DNA of 64,000 nt from Pseudomonadota bacterium (GTDB taxonomy: Bacteria > Bdellovibrionota_G > JALEGL01 > DATDPG01). Within the stretch, counting starts at the first letter, position 1, and each line of letters opens with the position of its first letter. A model generated the notes under the pieces. The model saw only the letters and a program-made list of their open reading frames with translations, had not been told where the DNA came from and made no database searches. The DNA lies in contig JAZDDX010000017.1 in assembly GCA_043809315.1 (NCBI GenBank), positions 98,075 through 162,074 on the forward strand. Direction: 5' to 3'. Shown here one piece after another: positions 9,726 to 19,744 of the stretch. A program made the translations under genes and the position numbers.

Positions 9726-11363
9726 ATGCGCGAGTTTTCGTTCATTCATTTTTTCAGTGCGATCTGTTTTTTCTTTTTCGGCCTCCGTCTGGCCGAAGAG
9801 GGGCTTCGCAAGGCGCTCGGCGACGGTCTGCGCACCCAGATCGAAAAGCTCACCCGGAACTCCTTCGCGGCGCTCGTCGTCGGGATCTTCCTGACGGCGA
9901 TCTTCCAGAGTTCCACCGCGACCGTCGTGATGCTCGTCGGCATGGGATCGATCGGGGTCTTAAGCGTTCGACAGGCGACACCGATCGTGCTCGGCGCGGA
10001 TATCGGGACGACACTCCTAGTCCTTCTTCTGGCGGCTTCCGTCCGTCTCGACATCCGGACCATCGCGCTGGGGGCGCTGATCTTCGGGTTCCTTTCCTAC
10101 TTCATCTTTCAACGAAATCGGCCGAAGTTCTTCGCCCAGGCGTTTCTAGGGGCGGGGTTTCTCTTTTACGGTCTCGGCCTCCTGACCGCTGCCGGGGAGC
10201 CTTTGAAAGAGTCCCCCCTCGTCCGGCAGGTCCTCTCGGCGATCGTTTCCAACCCGTGGGTGACGTTCTTCTTCGGGGCGATCCTGACGGCGATTCTGCA
10301 AAAGAGTGCGGCGGTCTTGGGGATCCTTATGTCGTTTGCCGTAGCCGGGCTGCTGAATGTGCAAGAGGCGGTCCCATTCGTTCTTGGCGTGAACCTCGGC
10401 AGCACGACCGGTCCGTTCGCCGCAAGCCTGCGGGCCCAGGCGGATGGAAAGCGGATCGCGTACATCCATGTCGCCCTGAAGGTTATCGGCGTCCTTCTCG
10501 TGATGCCGTTCGCGGCCCTCGTGGGGGACGCGATCGAGGGGGTGTTCAGCGGCGTTTCGTACCAAGTTGCGGCGATCCACATCGGGTTCAACGTTTTACT
10601 CGCCGTTCTGTTCCTGCCTCTCTGCCCCCTGATCTCGAAAGCGGCCGTGCGTTGGATCCACGCACCGGAGGAGGAAAAGGAGTTTTCGGCGAAATACCTC
10701 GACGTTGCCTCGCTCGATTCGCCCGGCTTGGCGTTCGCCAACGTCTTCCGCGAGGTGTTGCGGATGGCCGAGATTGCCCAGGAGATGTGCACCCAGGTGC
10801 TGATCCCGTTCGAAGAGGCGGGGCGGGAAACGATCGAACGGCTGGAAGAGCTCGACGATCAGGTCGACCATCTCGACCGGGAGATCAAGTTCTACCTGGC
10901 GAAAGTGAATCAGGCGCAGCTCGTGGAGAACCAGGGGAGGCGGCAGTTGGAACTCCTGACCCTAACGCACGATCTCGAGCAGATCGGCGATGTCATCAAC
11001 AAGGACATCATGGAATTGGCCGAGAAAAAACGGCGGAAGATTGTCTCGTTCTCCGCGGAAGGGTGGAAGGAGATCCAGGAGTTCCACGACCTGGTGGTGG
11101 AGAACTTCCGCCTGGCGATCACCGCCCTGGCGAGCGGAGATCACGATCTCGGCAAGAAGGTGTTGCGGCACAAGAAACACCTCGCGGAGATCGAGCAGGA
11201 GTTCGCCCAGAGGCATCTTCTGCGGTTGAGCCAGGGGCTGAAAGAGGCGTTCGAGACCTCCTCGATCCACCTGGATCTGCTCAGCAACCTACGAAGGATC
11301 AACTCGATCATCTGCCACCTGGCCTACCCCGTGATCGAACGCAGAACCGCTGCGGAAGAGTAG
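9726..11363 (+). CDS. Na/Pi cotransporter family protein with PhoU domains
   Basis: QSSTAT and GADIGTT motifs, multiple TM helices, C-terminal PhoU-like helices ending ETSSIHLDLL. Confidence 0.92.
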   Translation: MREFSFIHFFSAICFFFFGLRLAEEGLRKALGDGLRTQIEKLTRNSFAALVVGIFLTAIFQSSTATVVMLVGMGSIGVLSVRQATPIVLGADIGTTLLVLLLAASVRLDIRTIALGALIFGFLSYFIFQRNRPKFFAQAFLGAGFLFYGLGLLTAAGEPLKESPLVRQVLSAIVSNPWVTFFFGAILTAILQKSAAVLGILMSFAVAGLLNVQEAVPFVLGVNLGSTTGPFAASLRAQADGKRIAYIHVALKVIGVLLVMPFAALVGDAIEGVFSGVSYQVAAIHIGFNVLLAVLFLPLCPLISKAAVRWIHAPEEEKEFSAKYLDVASLDSPGLAFANVFREVLRMAEIAQEMCTQVLIPFEEAGRETIERLEELDDQVDHLDREIKFYLAKVNQAQLVENQGRRQLELLTLTHDLEQIGDVINKDIMELAEKKRRKIVSFSAEGWKEIQEFHDLVVENFRLAITALASGDHDLGKKVLRHKKHLAEIEQEFAQRHLLRLSQGLKEAFETSSIHLDLLSNLRRINSIICHLAYPVIERRTAAEE

Positions 11364-11372
11364 CAGCGCGCC

Positions 11373-11401
11373 TTGACTTGGCCCTGGCCGGCCGGTAAGA
11401 C
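11373..11401 (+). promoter_or_regulatory. Sigma-70-like promoter of zapA (probably leaderless)
   Basis: TTGACT-17-TAAGAC, 6 nt before the GTG; no Shine-Dalgarno. Confidence 0.55.
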
Positions 11402-11407
11402 CACGGT

Positions 11408-11680
11408 GTGAGCGTGGAAATCAAAATCCTCGGCAAGACCTACTCCATCCGTACCGAATTCGACGAGCGGTTCACGAATCAGACCGCCGATCTCGTCAAC
11501 GGCAAGATGCACGAGCTCGCCGGGAAAGTAGGGCCGGGGGCGCCGGAAAAGATCGCGGTCCTGGCTGCCATGAACTTCGCCGGGGAGCTCTTGAAGCTCC
11601 GCCGGGAGGAGGACGACCGCCGGACGCTGCTTCGGCAGAAAGCCTCCCAGGTCATCAAGCTGATTGATTCCCAAAGGTAA
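11408..11680 (+). CDS. zapA: Cell division protein ZapA
   Basis: VEIKILGKTYSI...KIAVLAAMNFAGELL followed by a coiled coil. Confidence 0.9.
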   Translation: MSVEIKILGKTYSIRTEFDERFTNQTADLVNGKMHELAGKVGPGAPEKIAVLAAMNFAGELLKLRREEDDRRTLLRQKASQVIKLIDSQR

Positions 11681-11692
11681 TCGAAAAACTCC

Positions 11693-12490
11693 TTGAGCCG
11701 TATTCTTCTGATCGGTGACGTGTTCGGCAGGCCGGGCCGTCGGGCTGTGTTTGAAACTCTTCCGGGGTTGATCCGGGAGGAGAAGCTCGATTTTGTGATC
11801 GTGAACGGGGAGAACGCGGCGGGGGGAAAGGGGCTCACCGGCGAGATCTGCGGGCAGTTTTTCGACAGTGGTTGCGACGTCATCACGACCGGAAACCACG
11901 CCCGCGACAAGAAAGAGATCGATCCGTTTTTCGAGTCGGAACCGAGGCTTCTTCGTCCCTCGAACTACCCCGCTTCCGTTCCGGGCACTGGCGCGTTCGT
12001 CGGGACCGGTCGGAACGGAAAGACGATCGCGGTCCTGAACCTGATGGGGATCGTTCATATGGCGGAGCGGATCGATTCACCGTTCCAGACCGTGAAAGAG
12101 CGGATGGAGGAACTTCGCGCCCGAACGCCGGTCGTCATCGTCGACTTCCACGCCGAGGCGACGTCGGAAAAGCGGGCGATGGGGTGGTTCCTGGACGGGA
12201 CCATTTCCGCGCTTCTGGGGACCCACACGCACGTGCCGACGGCGGACGAACAGATTTTGCCTGCGGGAACCGCCTATATCACCGATGTCGGGATGACCGG
12301 GCCCTACGAGTCGGTCATTGGCCTGCGCACCGATCTCGCGCTCGAACGGTTCGTACAGGGAAAAAGAGGGGCATTCGACGTCGGGAAAAAGGATGTGAGG
12401 TTTTGCGGTGTGATCGTCGACGTCGACGACGAGACCGGAAAAGCGCGATCGGTCACGCGGTTCCGGCGGGACTTACTTTTCGCGGTTTAG
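11693..12490 (+). CDS. ymdB: YmdB/TIGR00282-family metallophosphoesterase
   Basis: IGDVFGRPGR, NGENAAGG, TGNH, DFHAEATSEK, GTHTHV, TDVGMTG. Confidence 0.93.
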   Translation: MSRILLIGDVFGRPGRRAVFETLPGLIREEKLDFVIVNGENAAGGKGLTGEICGQFFDSGCDVITTGNHARDKKEIDPFFESEPRLLRPSNYPASVPGTGAFVGTGRNGKTIAVLNLMGIVHMAERIDSPFQTVKERMEELRARTPVVIVDFHAEATSEKRAMGWFLDGTISALLGTHTHVPTADEQILPAGTAYITDVGMTGPYESVIGLRTDLALERFVQGKRGAFDVGKKDVRFCGVIVDVDDETGKARSVTRFRRDLLFAV

Positions 12491-12892
12491 TCTTTTCGAG
12501 ACCGACTCCAGGATCTTGCTTTCGAGAGAGAGATCGCTCGGGATCGTTTTCCAGGCGTCCGCCTGTTCGATCTCCAGTTGCTTGTAGAGCTTCACCACCG
12601 TCGATTGCCCGTCGTATAGGACGGTCCCGGAGAGTCGGTAGCGCGAGCGCTGGAACGGCTGGTAATCCTTCACCATCTCGCTTGCGAAATACCCCCGCTT
12701 CTTTTCGATCACTTCGATCGGGATCATGAAGTCGATTTGCACCGTTTGCGTAACCGCCTTCCAGACCGTGGAGAACGGCTTCGAGTAGGTCCGCATGCTG
12801 GCCGGCACCAGACCGCTCTGCGTCTCCGGGCCGCTTTTCACGCAGGCCGTCGCGAGAAGAAGAACGGGTACGATCCAAGTACGAAACTTCAT
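12473..12892 (-). CDS. Hypothetical lipoprotein
   Basis: MKFRTWIVPVLLLATAC lipobox; last gene of the gatCAB-mtnA-ilvE run. Confidence 0.75.
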   Translation of the reverse strand: MKFRTWIVPVLLLATACVKSGPETQSGLVPASMRTYSKPFSTVWKAVTQTVQIDFMIPIEVIEKKRGYFASEMVKDYQPFQRSRYRLSGTVLYDGQSTVVKLYKQLEIEQADAWKTIPSDLSLESKILESVSKRLNREK

Positions 12893-12894
12893 GG

Positions 12895-13815
12895 TCAACG
12901 AAGGTAGGTGAGCCATTCCTTGTATTTGGCCACGCGGCCGTGGACAATTTCGATGTATTGCTTGGCCATGTTGACCGTGACCGGTCCCGGCTTTCCGGTG
13001 CCGACCGGACGTGCATCGACCTCGCGGACCGGCGTGATCTCGGCGGCCGTTCCGGTCAGGAAGATCTCGTCGGCGTTGTACACGTCGTCGCGGATCAACT
13101 GTTCTTCACGGAACGGAATCCCGTCCTCCTTCAGAAGCTTCATGACCACGTCGCGCGTGAAGCCGGGGAGGATCGATCCGAGGCGCGGCGTGTAGACGAT
13201 GCCGTCCTTCACCAGGAACAGGTTCTCGCCGGTCCCTTCCGCCACGAACCCCTCGGTGTCGAGGAGAAGGGCCTCGTCGCAGCCATTGACCTTCGCATCC
13301 CGCTTGGCGAGAACGGAGTTGGCGTACTGGCCGCAAACCTTCGCCTTCGTGGCGGAGATGTTCCGGTGCAGCCGCGTGTAGCTCGAAATCATCGTCTTGA
13401 TCCCGTTCTTGAACCCTTCGTCGCCGAGATATTTTCCCCATCCCCAGGTGATGACGCCTACTCGGACCGGGTTGTCGAATGCCCAGACCCCGGCTCCCGG
13501 CCCCTCCGAAATAAACGCGATCGGGCGGAGGTACCCTTCCTTGAGCTGGTTCGCTTTCGCCGTCTCGACACAGGCTTCGCAGAGCTTGTTGAGATCGTAC
13601 GGGACGTTCATTGCCACCGACTTGGCGGACTCCAGGAACCGCTTCATATGGTCGCGCAGACGGAAAACGGCGCTTCCTTCGCTTCCGCAATCGTAATAGC
13701 GGATCCCCTCGAATACCCCGACGCCGTAATGAAGCGTGTGCGTGAGGATGTGCACGTTCGCCTGTTCCCAGGGGATCAGTTTCCCGTCCAACCAGATCTT
13801 TTCCGTTTTCTGCAT
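12895..13815 (-). CDS. ilvE: Branched-chain amino acid aminotransferase
   Basis: LHYGVGVFEGIR, AKVCGQYANS, EGTGENLF, GTAAEITPV. Confidence 0.96.
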   Translation of the reverse strand: MQKTEKIWLDGKLIPWEQANVHILTHTLHYGVGVFEGIRYYDCGSEGSAVFRLRDHMKRFLESAKSVAMNVPYDLNKLCEACVETAKANQLKEGYLRPIAFISEGPGAGVWAFDNPVRVGVITWGWGKYLGDEGFKNGIKTMISSYTRLHRNISATKAKVCGQYANSVLAKRDAKVNGCDEALLLDTEGFVAEGTGENLFLVKDGIVYTPRLGSILPGFTRDVVMKLLKEDGIPFREEQLIRDDVYNADEIFLTGTAAEITPVREVDARPVGTGKPGPVTVNMAKQYIEIVHGRVAKYKEWLTYLR

Positions 13816-13862
13816 AAGCTCTCCTCAAACGTGAAGGTAAACCGTCTGTCCGGTTCTTCAAC

Positions 13863-14906
13863 TCATTTTGATTTCGACGCTAGCTTTCGCAATGATTCCG
13901 AATAGGGGGGGCGTGCGATTCCCGCCTCTGTAACGATCGCAGAAACGTATCGTGCCGACGTCACGTCGAACGCCGGATGACGGGCGATCGTCCCGGCCGG
14001 GGCAACCGGTTTTCCTGCGAATTCAGTAACTTCCCTGGGGTCGCGTTCCTCAATCGGGATCTTGTCGCCGGAGGGGCAGGCGAGATCGAGCGTCGAGAGT
14101 GGGGCCACCGCGTAGAACGGGATCCCATTCTCCTTTGCAAGAACGGCGAGGGAATAGGTTCCGATCTTGTTTGCGACGTCGCCGTTCGCCGCGATCCGGT
14201 CGGAGCCGGTGATGACGGCGTCAACCTCTCCTCGGGAAATGAAATGTCCGGCCATGTTGTCGGTGATCAGGGTGTGTGGGATCCCTTCTTTCGAAAGCTC
14301 CCAGGCGGTCAATCGGGATCCCTGCAGGAAGGGACGCGTTTCATCGACCCAAACCGAGATCTTTTTCCCGGCGGCGACGGCGGAGCGGATCACGCCAAGG
14401 GCCGTTCCCCACCCAGCGGTCGCGAGCCCCCCCGCGTTGCAGTGGGTGAGGATTCGCGCCGGGGAGGGGAGTAACGACGCGCCGAACTCCCCCATCCGCT
14501 TGCAGGCGGCGATGTCTTCCTCGCGGATCGCGAGCGCTTCGTTCAAAAGTTGGGTCGCCCACGCTTCCGTCGTTGCAAACGGGCGTTTCGCCAGTTTCTT
14601 CATCCGGTCGATTGCCCAGAAGAGGTTGACCGCTGTCGGCCGGGTCGCCGCGAAGAGCGACGCCCACCGATCGAACGATTCGAGCGCCTTCGGAAGCGGA
14701 AGAGCTCGGTCCATTTTCGCCGCCAGAGCAAGCCCGAGAGCGGCGGTGACGCCGATCGCCGGGGCTCCGCGGACGACCATCGTCCGGATCGCGTCGGCGA
14801 CCTTCGAGGGGTCGTCGTACGAATGGTAGATCTCCTCGGCCGGAAGACGGAGCTGGTCGAGAAGCACTACGCGACTGTCGGTCCAGGTGACGGTTTCAAA
14901 CCCCAC
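13863..14906 (-). CDS. mtnA: S-methyl-5-thioribose-1-phosphate isomerase
   Basis: LLDQLRLP, MVVRGAPAIG, THCNAGGLAT, DETRPFLQG, ANKIGTY. Confidence 0.96.
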   Translation of the reverse strand: MGFETVTWTDSRVVLLDQLRLPAEEIYHSYDDPSKVADAIRTMVVRGAPAIGVTAALGLALAAKMDRALPLPKALESFDRWASLFAATRPTAVNLFWAIDRMKKLAKRPFATTEAWATQLLNEALAIREEDIAACKRMGEFGASLLPSPARILTHCNAGGLATAGWGTALGVIRSAVAAGKKISVWVDETRPFLQGSRLTAWELSKEGIPHTLITDNMAGHFISRGEVDAVITGSDRIAANGDVANKIGTYSLAVLAKENGIPFYAVAPLSTLDLACPSGDKIPIEERDPREVTEFAGKPVAPAGTIARHPAFDVTSARYVSAIVTEAGIARPPYSESLRKLASKSK

Positions 14907-16419
14907 GGCTCAACTCCTCTTTCAGTAGTTGGTTTAGGACGGCCGGATTTGCTTTCCCTTGTGTCGCCTTCATGACTTGTCCGACAAAGAAGCCGAACAT
15001 CTTTTCTTTTCCTGCTCGATATTGCGCGAGCTGGTCGGTATTCGTCGCCAGCACCTTCTGGATTGTTTTGCGGATCGAGTCGGTGTCGGAGATCTGAGTC
15101 AATCCTTTCACTTTCACAATCTCTTGAGCGGCCTTACCCGACTCCGCCATCTCGTCCAGGACATCCTTCGCTATTTTTCCGCTGATCGTTCCTGCGTCGA
15201 TCATCTTTAAGAGGGCGCTGAGATTTTCGGGACGGATCTTCAGTTGTTCGATTGATTCCGTTCGTTCTTTAACGAGACGAAGGATCTCCCCCATGACGTA
15301 GTTGCTGACCGTCTTCGCTTTCTCCGGATTCCCCGGCGCATAAGCGGTGAGCGTCGCCTCAAAATAGTCAGCGACCTCTTTCTCCGCGGTCAGAACGTCG
15401 GCATCGTAGGACGGTAAGGCAAAATCCTTCTCGAATCGTGCGCGACGTTCATTGGGCAATTCAACCCTTCCGGCTGTACGAGCATCTATCGAAGCGGAGA
15501 CCGTCACAGCGTCGGTCAGACTTTGTTCGAGTGGCCTACCCCTCTCATGGAGCCATTTCTCGGGCACGTTTAGGGGCAAGAGATCCGGCTCGGGGAAATA
15601 CCGGTAGTCGTGCGTTTCTTCTTTCGATCGCATCGAGGTGGTGATCCCCTGATCCGGATTCCACAGCCGCGTTTCCTGATGAATCTTCTTACCCGCTTGA
15701 AGTGCCTTTGTCTGGCGGTCGACTTCGTATTCAAGTGCTTTCCGAACGTGCTTGAACGAATTCAGATTCTTGATCTCGACCTTCGTGCCGAACTCCTTCA
15801 CACCCACGGGGCGGAGCGATACGTTCGCATCGCATCGCAAGCTTCCTTCCTCCATGTTCCCGTCGCAGACTTCAATGTACTTCAGTACCTGACGGAGTTC
15901 TTTCAGATAGTCTGAAGCCTCAGCGGGGGAGCGGAGGTCAGGGGCACCGACGATTTCGATCAGGGGAACGCCGCACCGATTGAGGTCCACCAGGCTCCCC
16001 TCCTTCGTCTGGAGGTTGTCGCCGTGGAGGAGTTTCCCCGCATCCTCCTCGAGATGAACGCGGATGATTTTGATCGTTCGAGAACCGTCATCTCCCTTGA
16101 TTTCAATTCTCCCGTTGACCGCAAGGGGCTGGTCAAACTGCGAGATCTGATAGCCTTTCGGAAGGTCCGGATAGAAATAGTTTTTCCGTGCAAATACCGA
16201 GTGCCTATTTATCGTACAATTCAGACTGTTGGCCGCCCACACGGCGAACCGGATGGCCATGGAGTTGACCACCGGAAGGGCACCGGGGAGCCCCAGGCAG
16301 ACGGGGCAGGTGAGCGTGTTCGGTTCGCGACCGAAGAGGTTCTCGCAACGGCAGAACATCTTCGTCTTCGTCTTGAGCTGTGCGTGGACTTCGAGTCCGA
16401 TGATCGTCTCGAAGCTCAC
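14896..16419 (-). CDS. gatB: Asp/Glu-tRNA amidotransferase subunit B
   Basis: IGLEVHAQL, RKNYFYPDLPKGYQISQ, DYRYFPEPDL, C-terminal YqeY-like GQVMKAT. Confidence 0.98.
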   Translation of the reverse strand: MSFETIIGLEVHAQLKTKTKMFCRCENLFGREPNTLTCPVCLGLPGALPVVNSMAIRFAVWAANSLNCTINRHSVFARKNYFYPDLPKGYQISQFDQPLAVNGRIEIKGDDGSRTIKIIRVHLEEDAGKLLHGDNLQTKEGSLVDLNRCGVPLIEIVGAPDLRSPAEASDYLKELRQVLKYIEVCDGNMEEGSLRCDANVSLRPVGVKEFGTKVEIKNLNSFKHVRKALEYEVDRQTKALQAGKKIHQETRLWNPDQGITTSMRSKEETHDYRYFPEPDLLPLNVPEKWLHERGRPLEQSLTDAVTVSASIDARTAGRVELPNERRARFEKDFALPSYDADVLTAEKEVADYFEATLTAYAPGNPEKAKTVSNYVMGEILRLVKERTESIEQLKIRPENLSALLKMIDAGTISGKIAKDVLDEMAESGKAAQEIVKVKGLTQISDTDSIRKTIQKVLATNTDQLAQYRAGKEKMFGFFVGQVMKATQGKANPAVLNQLLKEELSRGV

Positions 16420-17870
16420 GACGGCTCCTTTTCGAAATAGCGTGTCTCCGCTTCGAAGGCGCGACCGGCCCGGAAGAGAGTTCCCTCCTCGAACGGCTTC
16501 CCGACGAACTGCAACCCGAGCGGAAGATTCTGTTTCGTGAACCCGGCCGGCACGACGAGGGCGGGAAGTCCCGCAACCGAGATCGTCACGGTGAAGACGT
16601 CGGAGAGATACATCTCGAGGGGATCGCTCGTCTTGCTCCCGATCTTGAAAGCAGGAGTCGGTGATGTCGGTGTGGCGATCACGTCTACTTTACGGAACGC
16701 ATCGGAAAAATCTTTCCGGATCAACGTTCGGACCTTCTGTGCCTTCAAGTAATAGGCGTCGTAATAGCCGGAGCTCAAGACGAACGTGCCGATCAGGATT
16801 CTCCGGCGGACTTCGGCCCCGAACCCCTCGCTTCTCGACCTGGTGATCAGCTTGCCGATCCCGTCTGCGCCTGAGGTGCGGCGGCTGTACCGGACGCCGT
16901 CGTAGCGGGCGAGGTTCGCCGACGCTTCCGCGGGGGCGATAATGTAGTAGCAGGCGATCCCGTAGTCGGTGTGGGGAAGGGAGATCTCCGCAACGGTTGC
17001 CCCGGATTTCTCCAACACTTTGAGTGCTGCGAGAAAGTTCTCGCGCACTTCGGGAGAAAGCTCCTTCGGAAGATATTCTTTTGGGTATCCGATCTTAAGA
17101 CCGCGGATCGGGGTAATTTCGCTCTTCGCGACCGGAAGAGGGGCGGAGGTCGAATCGAGCGGATCGTGTCCGGCAATTGTCTCGAACAGAGTCTGTGTAT
17201 CGCCCACGGTTCGTGCCATCGGCCCGACCTGATCGAGCGAGGAGGCGAACGCCACGATCCCGTACCGGCTCACGCGCCCGTACGTCGGTTTGAGTCCCAC
17301 GACGTTGCAGAGGGCCGCGGGAAAGCGGACCGAGCCGCCGGTGTCGGTTCCGAGCGCGAGCGGGGTCATACGGGCGGCGAGCGCCGCCGCCGATCCCCCA
17401 CTGCTCCCGCCGGGGACACACGACGGATCCCATGGGTTTCGGACCGGCCCGTACGCGGAGTTTTCGTTCGAGGAGCCCATTCCGAACTCGTCGAGGTTCG
17501 TTTTTCCGAGGAAGACGGCTCCTTGATCGCGCAAGCGCTTCGCGACCGTGCTATCGTACGGCGAGATGAACTTTTCGAGGAATTTACTTCCGGCGGTGGC
17601 GCGGAGGCCTTGCACCAGAATATTGTCCTTGATTGCAATCGGGATCCCCGCGAGCGGTGCTTGAGGTGATCTTCCCTGGAGTAATCTGTCCGCCGCATCC
17701 GCTTGTTCTAAAGCTTCGGTCTTGGCGACGGTCAGGAAGGCATTGAGTTTGGGATTCTTCTTCTCGATCTCAACCAGAAACGATTGTGTCAGTTCGCGAG
17801 AAGAGATCTCTTTCTTGTCGAGAAGTGTGCGTAAGTCGGCGACGGAGCGGTTTCGGAGCGAGGCAGTCAA
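16416..17870 (-). CDS. gatA: Asp/Glu-tRNA amidotransferase subunit A
   Basis: Amidase signature GGSSGGS, GTDTGGSVR, SANLARYDG. Confidence 0.98.
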   Translation of the reverse strand: MTASLRNRSVADLRTLLDKKEISSRELTQSFLVEIEKKNPKLNAFLTVAKTEALEQADAADRLLQGRSPQAPLAGIPIAIKDNILVQGLRATAGSKFLEKFISPYDSTVAKRLRDQGAVFLGKTNLDEFGMGSSNENSAYGPVRNPWDPSCVPGGSSGGSAAALAARMTPLALGTDTGGSVRFPAALCNVVGLKPTYGRVSRYGIVAFASSLDQVGPMARTVGDTQTLFETIAGHDPLDSTSAPLPVAKSEITPIRGLKIGYPKEYLPKELSPEVRENFLAALKVLEKSGATVAEISLPHTDYGIACYYIIAPAEASANLARYDGVRYSRRTSGADGIGKLITRSRSEGFGAEVRRRILIGTFVLSSGYYDAYYLKAQKVRTLIRKDFSDAFRKVDVIATPTSPTPAFKIGSKTSDPLEMYLSDVFTVTISVAGLPALVVPAGFTKQNLPLGLQFVGKPFEEGTLFRAGRAFEAETRYFEKEPS

Positions 17871-17871
17871 C

Positions 17872-18183
17872 TTACTCTTTCTCTCCGATCATTCGGGGGA
17901 CCTGAAAGAAGTTGTCCTGTCGGGCGGGGGCGTTCTCAAGCGCCTTCTCCGGCGAAAACGATTCCTTCGGTTGATCATCGGCTAACGGAGTTCCGGCACT
18001 CACGCCAGAAGGAAGAACCTGCGTCGTTGGTTCGATTCCGTCGGTCGGGAGCCCGTTCAGCTTCTCGATGTATCCGACGATCTCGTTAAACTCCCGCAGA
18101 CGTTCCGGGATCTCCTTTTCGGGCAGGTCCAAGTGGGCCAACTTGGCGACATGCAAGATCTTTTCACGCGTATAGTTCGCCAC
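17872..18183 (-). CDS. gatC: Asp/Glu-tRNA amidotransferase subunit C
   Basis: HVAKLAHL...ALENAP...FFQVPRMI; directly upstream of gatA. Confidence 0.93.
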   Translation of the reverse strand: MANYTREKILHVAKLAHLDLPEKEIPERLREFNEIVGYIEKLNGLPTDGIEPTTQVLPSGVSAGTPLADDQPKESFSPEKALENAPARQDNFFQVPRMIGEKE

Positions 18184-18265
18184 GGGGATTGGCTACCATA
18201 CCCCGTCCGCAAGCGCCAGTTGAGCGCTTGTCAGCATCCGTAGGTTGTGGTACGTCGCGTCAACC

Positions 18266-19024
18266 ATGAACTTCTTTCAGCTCGTCATGGGGTTCTTTTT
18301 GGTTTTCCTAGGTCTCTTCGGATCCGTCTCGGCCAAGGAGGGGCAGACGAACTTCTATTATGGGATCAGCAAACCGGTCTGGGAGAAACCGAGCGCGGGA
18401 TATGTCGCGAACAACAATAAGATTCTTTTCAAGGCCAACTACCTGATTGAAACGCAAGATGTCGAAAGGACCTCGGCGATTCAGGACAATTTCAAGGTGT
18501 TCGCGGGCCTCATATCCCACACAAATCTGTGGTTTCTTAGTCGTATGAGACTCGAAATGGTGGTTGATGCGAAGCGCACGGGCACGATCGTTCTTGGGAT
18601 CGTTCCTTGGAAAAGCGACCGAGAAGCCATTGCTGGCCACATCGTTAATGTAAATGTTGCTGGACCGACAGAAGATCGGTGGCAGGCGCTTTCCTGTGAG
18701 ATCGATCTCTCGAACTTTCCCGACGGGTTCTATAAAACTCTTCTCTACGTGAAATCGAACGACGGAATGACGACGATGATCGGCGATGTATTCCTCAGTG
18801 CTGCCAACGGATCGCTTCACGAACTTCTCGAGAAGAACATTCCCGATGCGACCGTTTTGAAAACCAAGATGGCCGTCTACGATCCATTTCTTCTCGCATC
18901 GGTAGGACAGCTGGCGTCGGACGCCAGGGAGTCATTGCACCGGGTCGTTGGTCCCGAGAAAGAGCCAACATTCCAATGCGCTTGGTCCTCGAGGCACGTG
19001 GAGCCGCCTAGGGTCGAGAAGTGA
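18266..19024 (+). CDS. Hypothetical secreted protein
   Basis: Signal peptide ending VSA; more AT-rich than the flanks; TTGTCA-17-TACGTC upstream. Confidence 0.65.
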   Translation: MNFFQLVMGFFLVFLGLFGSVSAKEGQTNFYYGISKPVWEKPSAGYVANNNKILFKANYLIETQDVERTSAIQDNFKVFAGLISHTNLWFLSRMRLEMVVDAKRTGTIVLGIVPWKSDREAIAGHIVNVNVAGPTEDRWQALSCEIDLSNFPDGFYKTLLYVKSNDGMTTMIGDVFLSAANGSLHELLEKNIPDATVLKTKMAVYDPFLLASVGQLASDARESLHRVVGPEKEPTFQCAWSSRHVEPPRVEK

Positions 19025-19090
19025 TAGGTCGCTTTTTCACCCCCTCCTTGCCGTCCGCAGCTCCGTCTTCGCCTGCGCTATCTGGTTAGC

Positions 19091-19125
19091 CATTAAATAG
19101 TATGTATAAAAGTATGTATTTAATG
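19091..19125. promoter_or_regulatory. Putative operator/promoter of the BrnT-BrnA module
   Basis: Inverted repeat CATTAAATA...TATTTAATG overlapping two AGTATGTAT direct repeats; TATACT follows. Confidence 0.55.
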
Positions 19126-19148
19126 ATATACTAGAAATTGGATCGGCC

Positions 19149-19442
19149 ATGGATTTCGTGGTTGGAATCTTTGAGTGGGACGTCGAAAAGGAACGCGGGA
19201 ACGTTGAGAAACACGGCGTTGATTTTCTGATGGCCATGCAGGCTTTTCTCGACGAAGAGAGGCTGATCGCAACGGATGAGCTGCATAGTGAACGGGAGCC
19301 GAGATTCTTCTGCGTGGGACAGGCGAAGGGACAAGTTCTGACGGTCCGGTTTACAAGAAGGGGTCGTAGGATCCGGATTCTGGGGGCCGGTTATTGGAGA
19401 AAGGGGAGAGCATTATATGAAAAAGCGAACTCAAAGAGATGA
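19149..19442 (+). CDS. BrnT-family ribonuclease toxin
   Basis: FEWDVEKERGNVEKHGVDF, HSEREPR, LTVRFTRR, IRILGAGYWRKGR. Confidence 0.9.
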   Translation: MDFVVGIFEWDVEKERGNVEKHGVDFLMAMQAFLDEERLIATDELHSEREPRFFCVGQAKGQVLTVRFTRRGRRIRILGAGYWRKGRALYEKANSKR

Positions 19443-19650
19443 GAATCAGCCTGTCGGGAAGCTGACGATCGTCGAGGATTTTCTCCCTCCTCCGGAAAAA
19501 CTCGTGGCTGCGAGTGAGCGGGTGAAGGTTACGATCGCTGTTGATTCGACCACCATTCGATTCTTCAAGGCGGCAGCCAAGAAGGCGGGTTCGAAATACC
19601 AGCGGATGATTCGCGAAGTTCTGAACGGCTACGCGCGAAGATACGCCTGA
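19417..19650 (+). CDS. BrnA/CopG-like RHH antitoxin
   Basis: DFLPPPEKL, VKVTIAVD...FFK...KYQRMIR; overlaps the toxin gene. Confidence 0.85.
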   Translation: MKKRTQRDENQPVGKLTIVEDFLPPPEKLVAASERVKVTIAVDSTTIRFFKAAAKKAGSKYQRMIREVLNGYARRYA

Positions 19651-19744
19651 CTCGGCTTCAGGAGCGCCTCTCCTTTGCCGTTTACAACTCCCGTTCTGGC
19701 TGCCAAGATTCGCGCCTACAAGTCTTAAACGGGAGGATACTCAC

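Noticed and set aside
18210-18230. Inverted repeat CAAGCGC-N7-GCGCTTG between gatC and the divergent gene
   Set aside because: Short, GC-rich and seen once; cannot be distinguished from chance.
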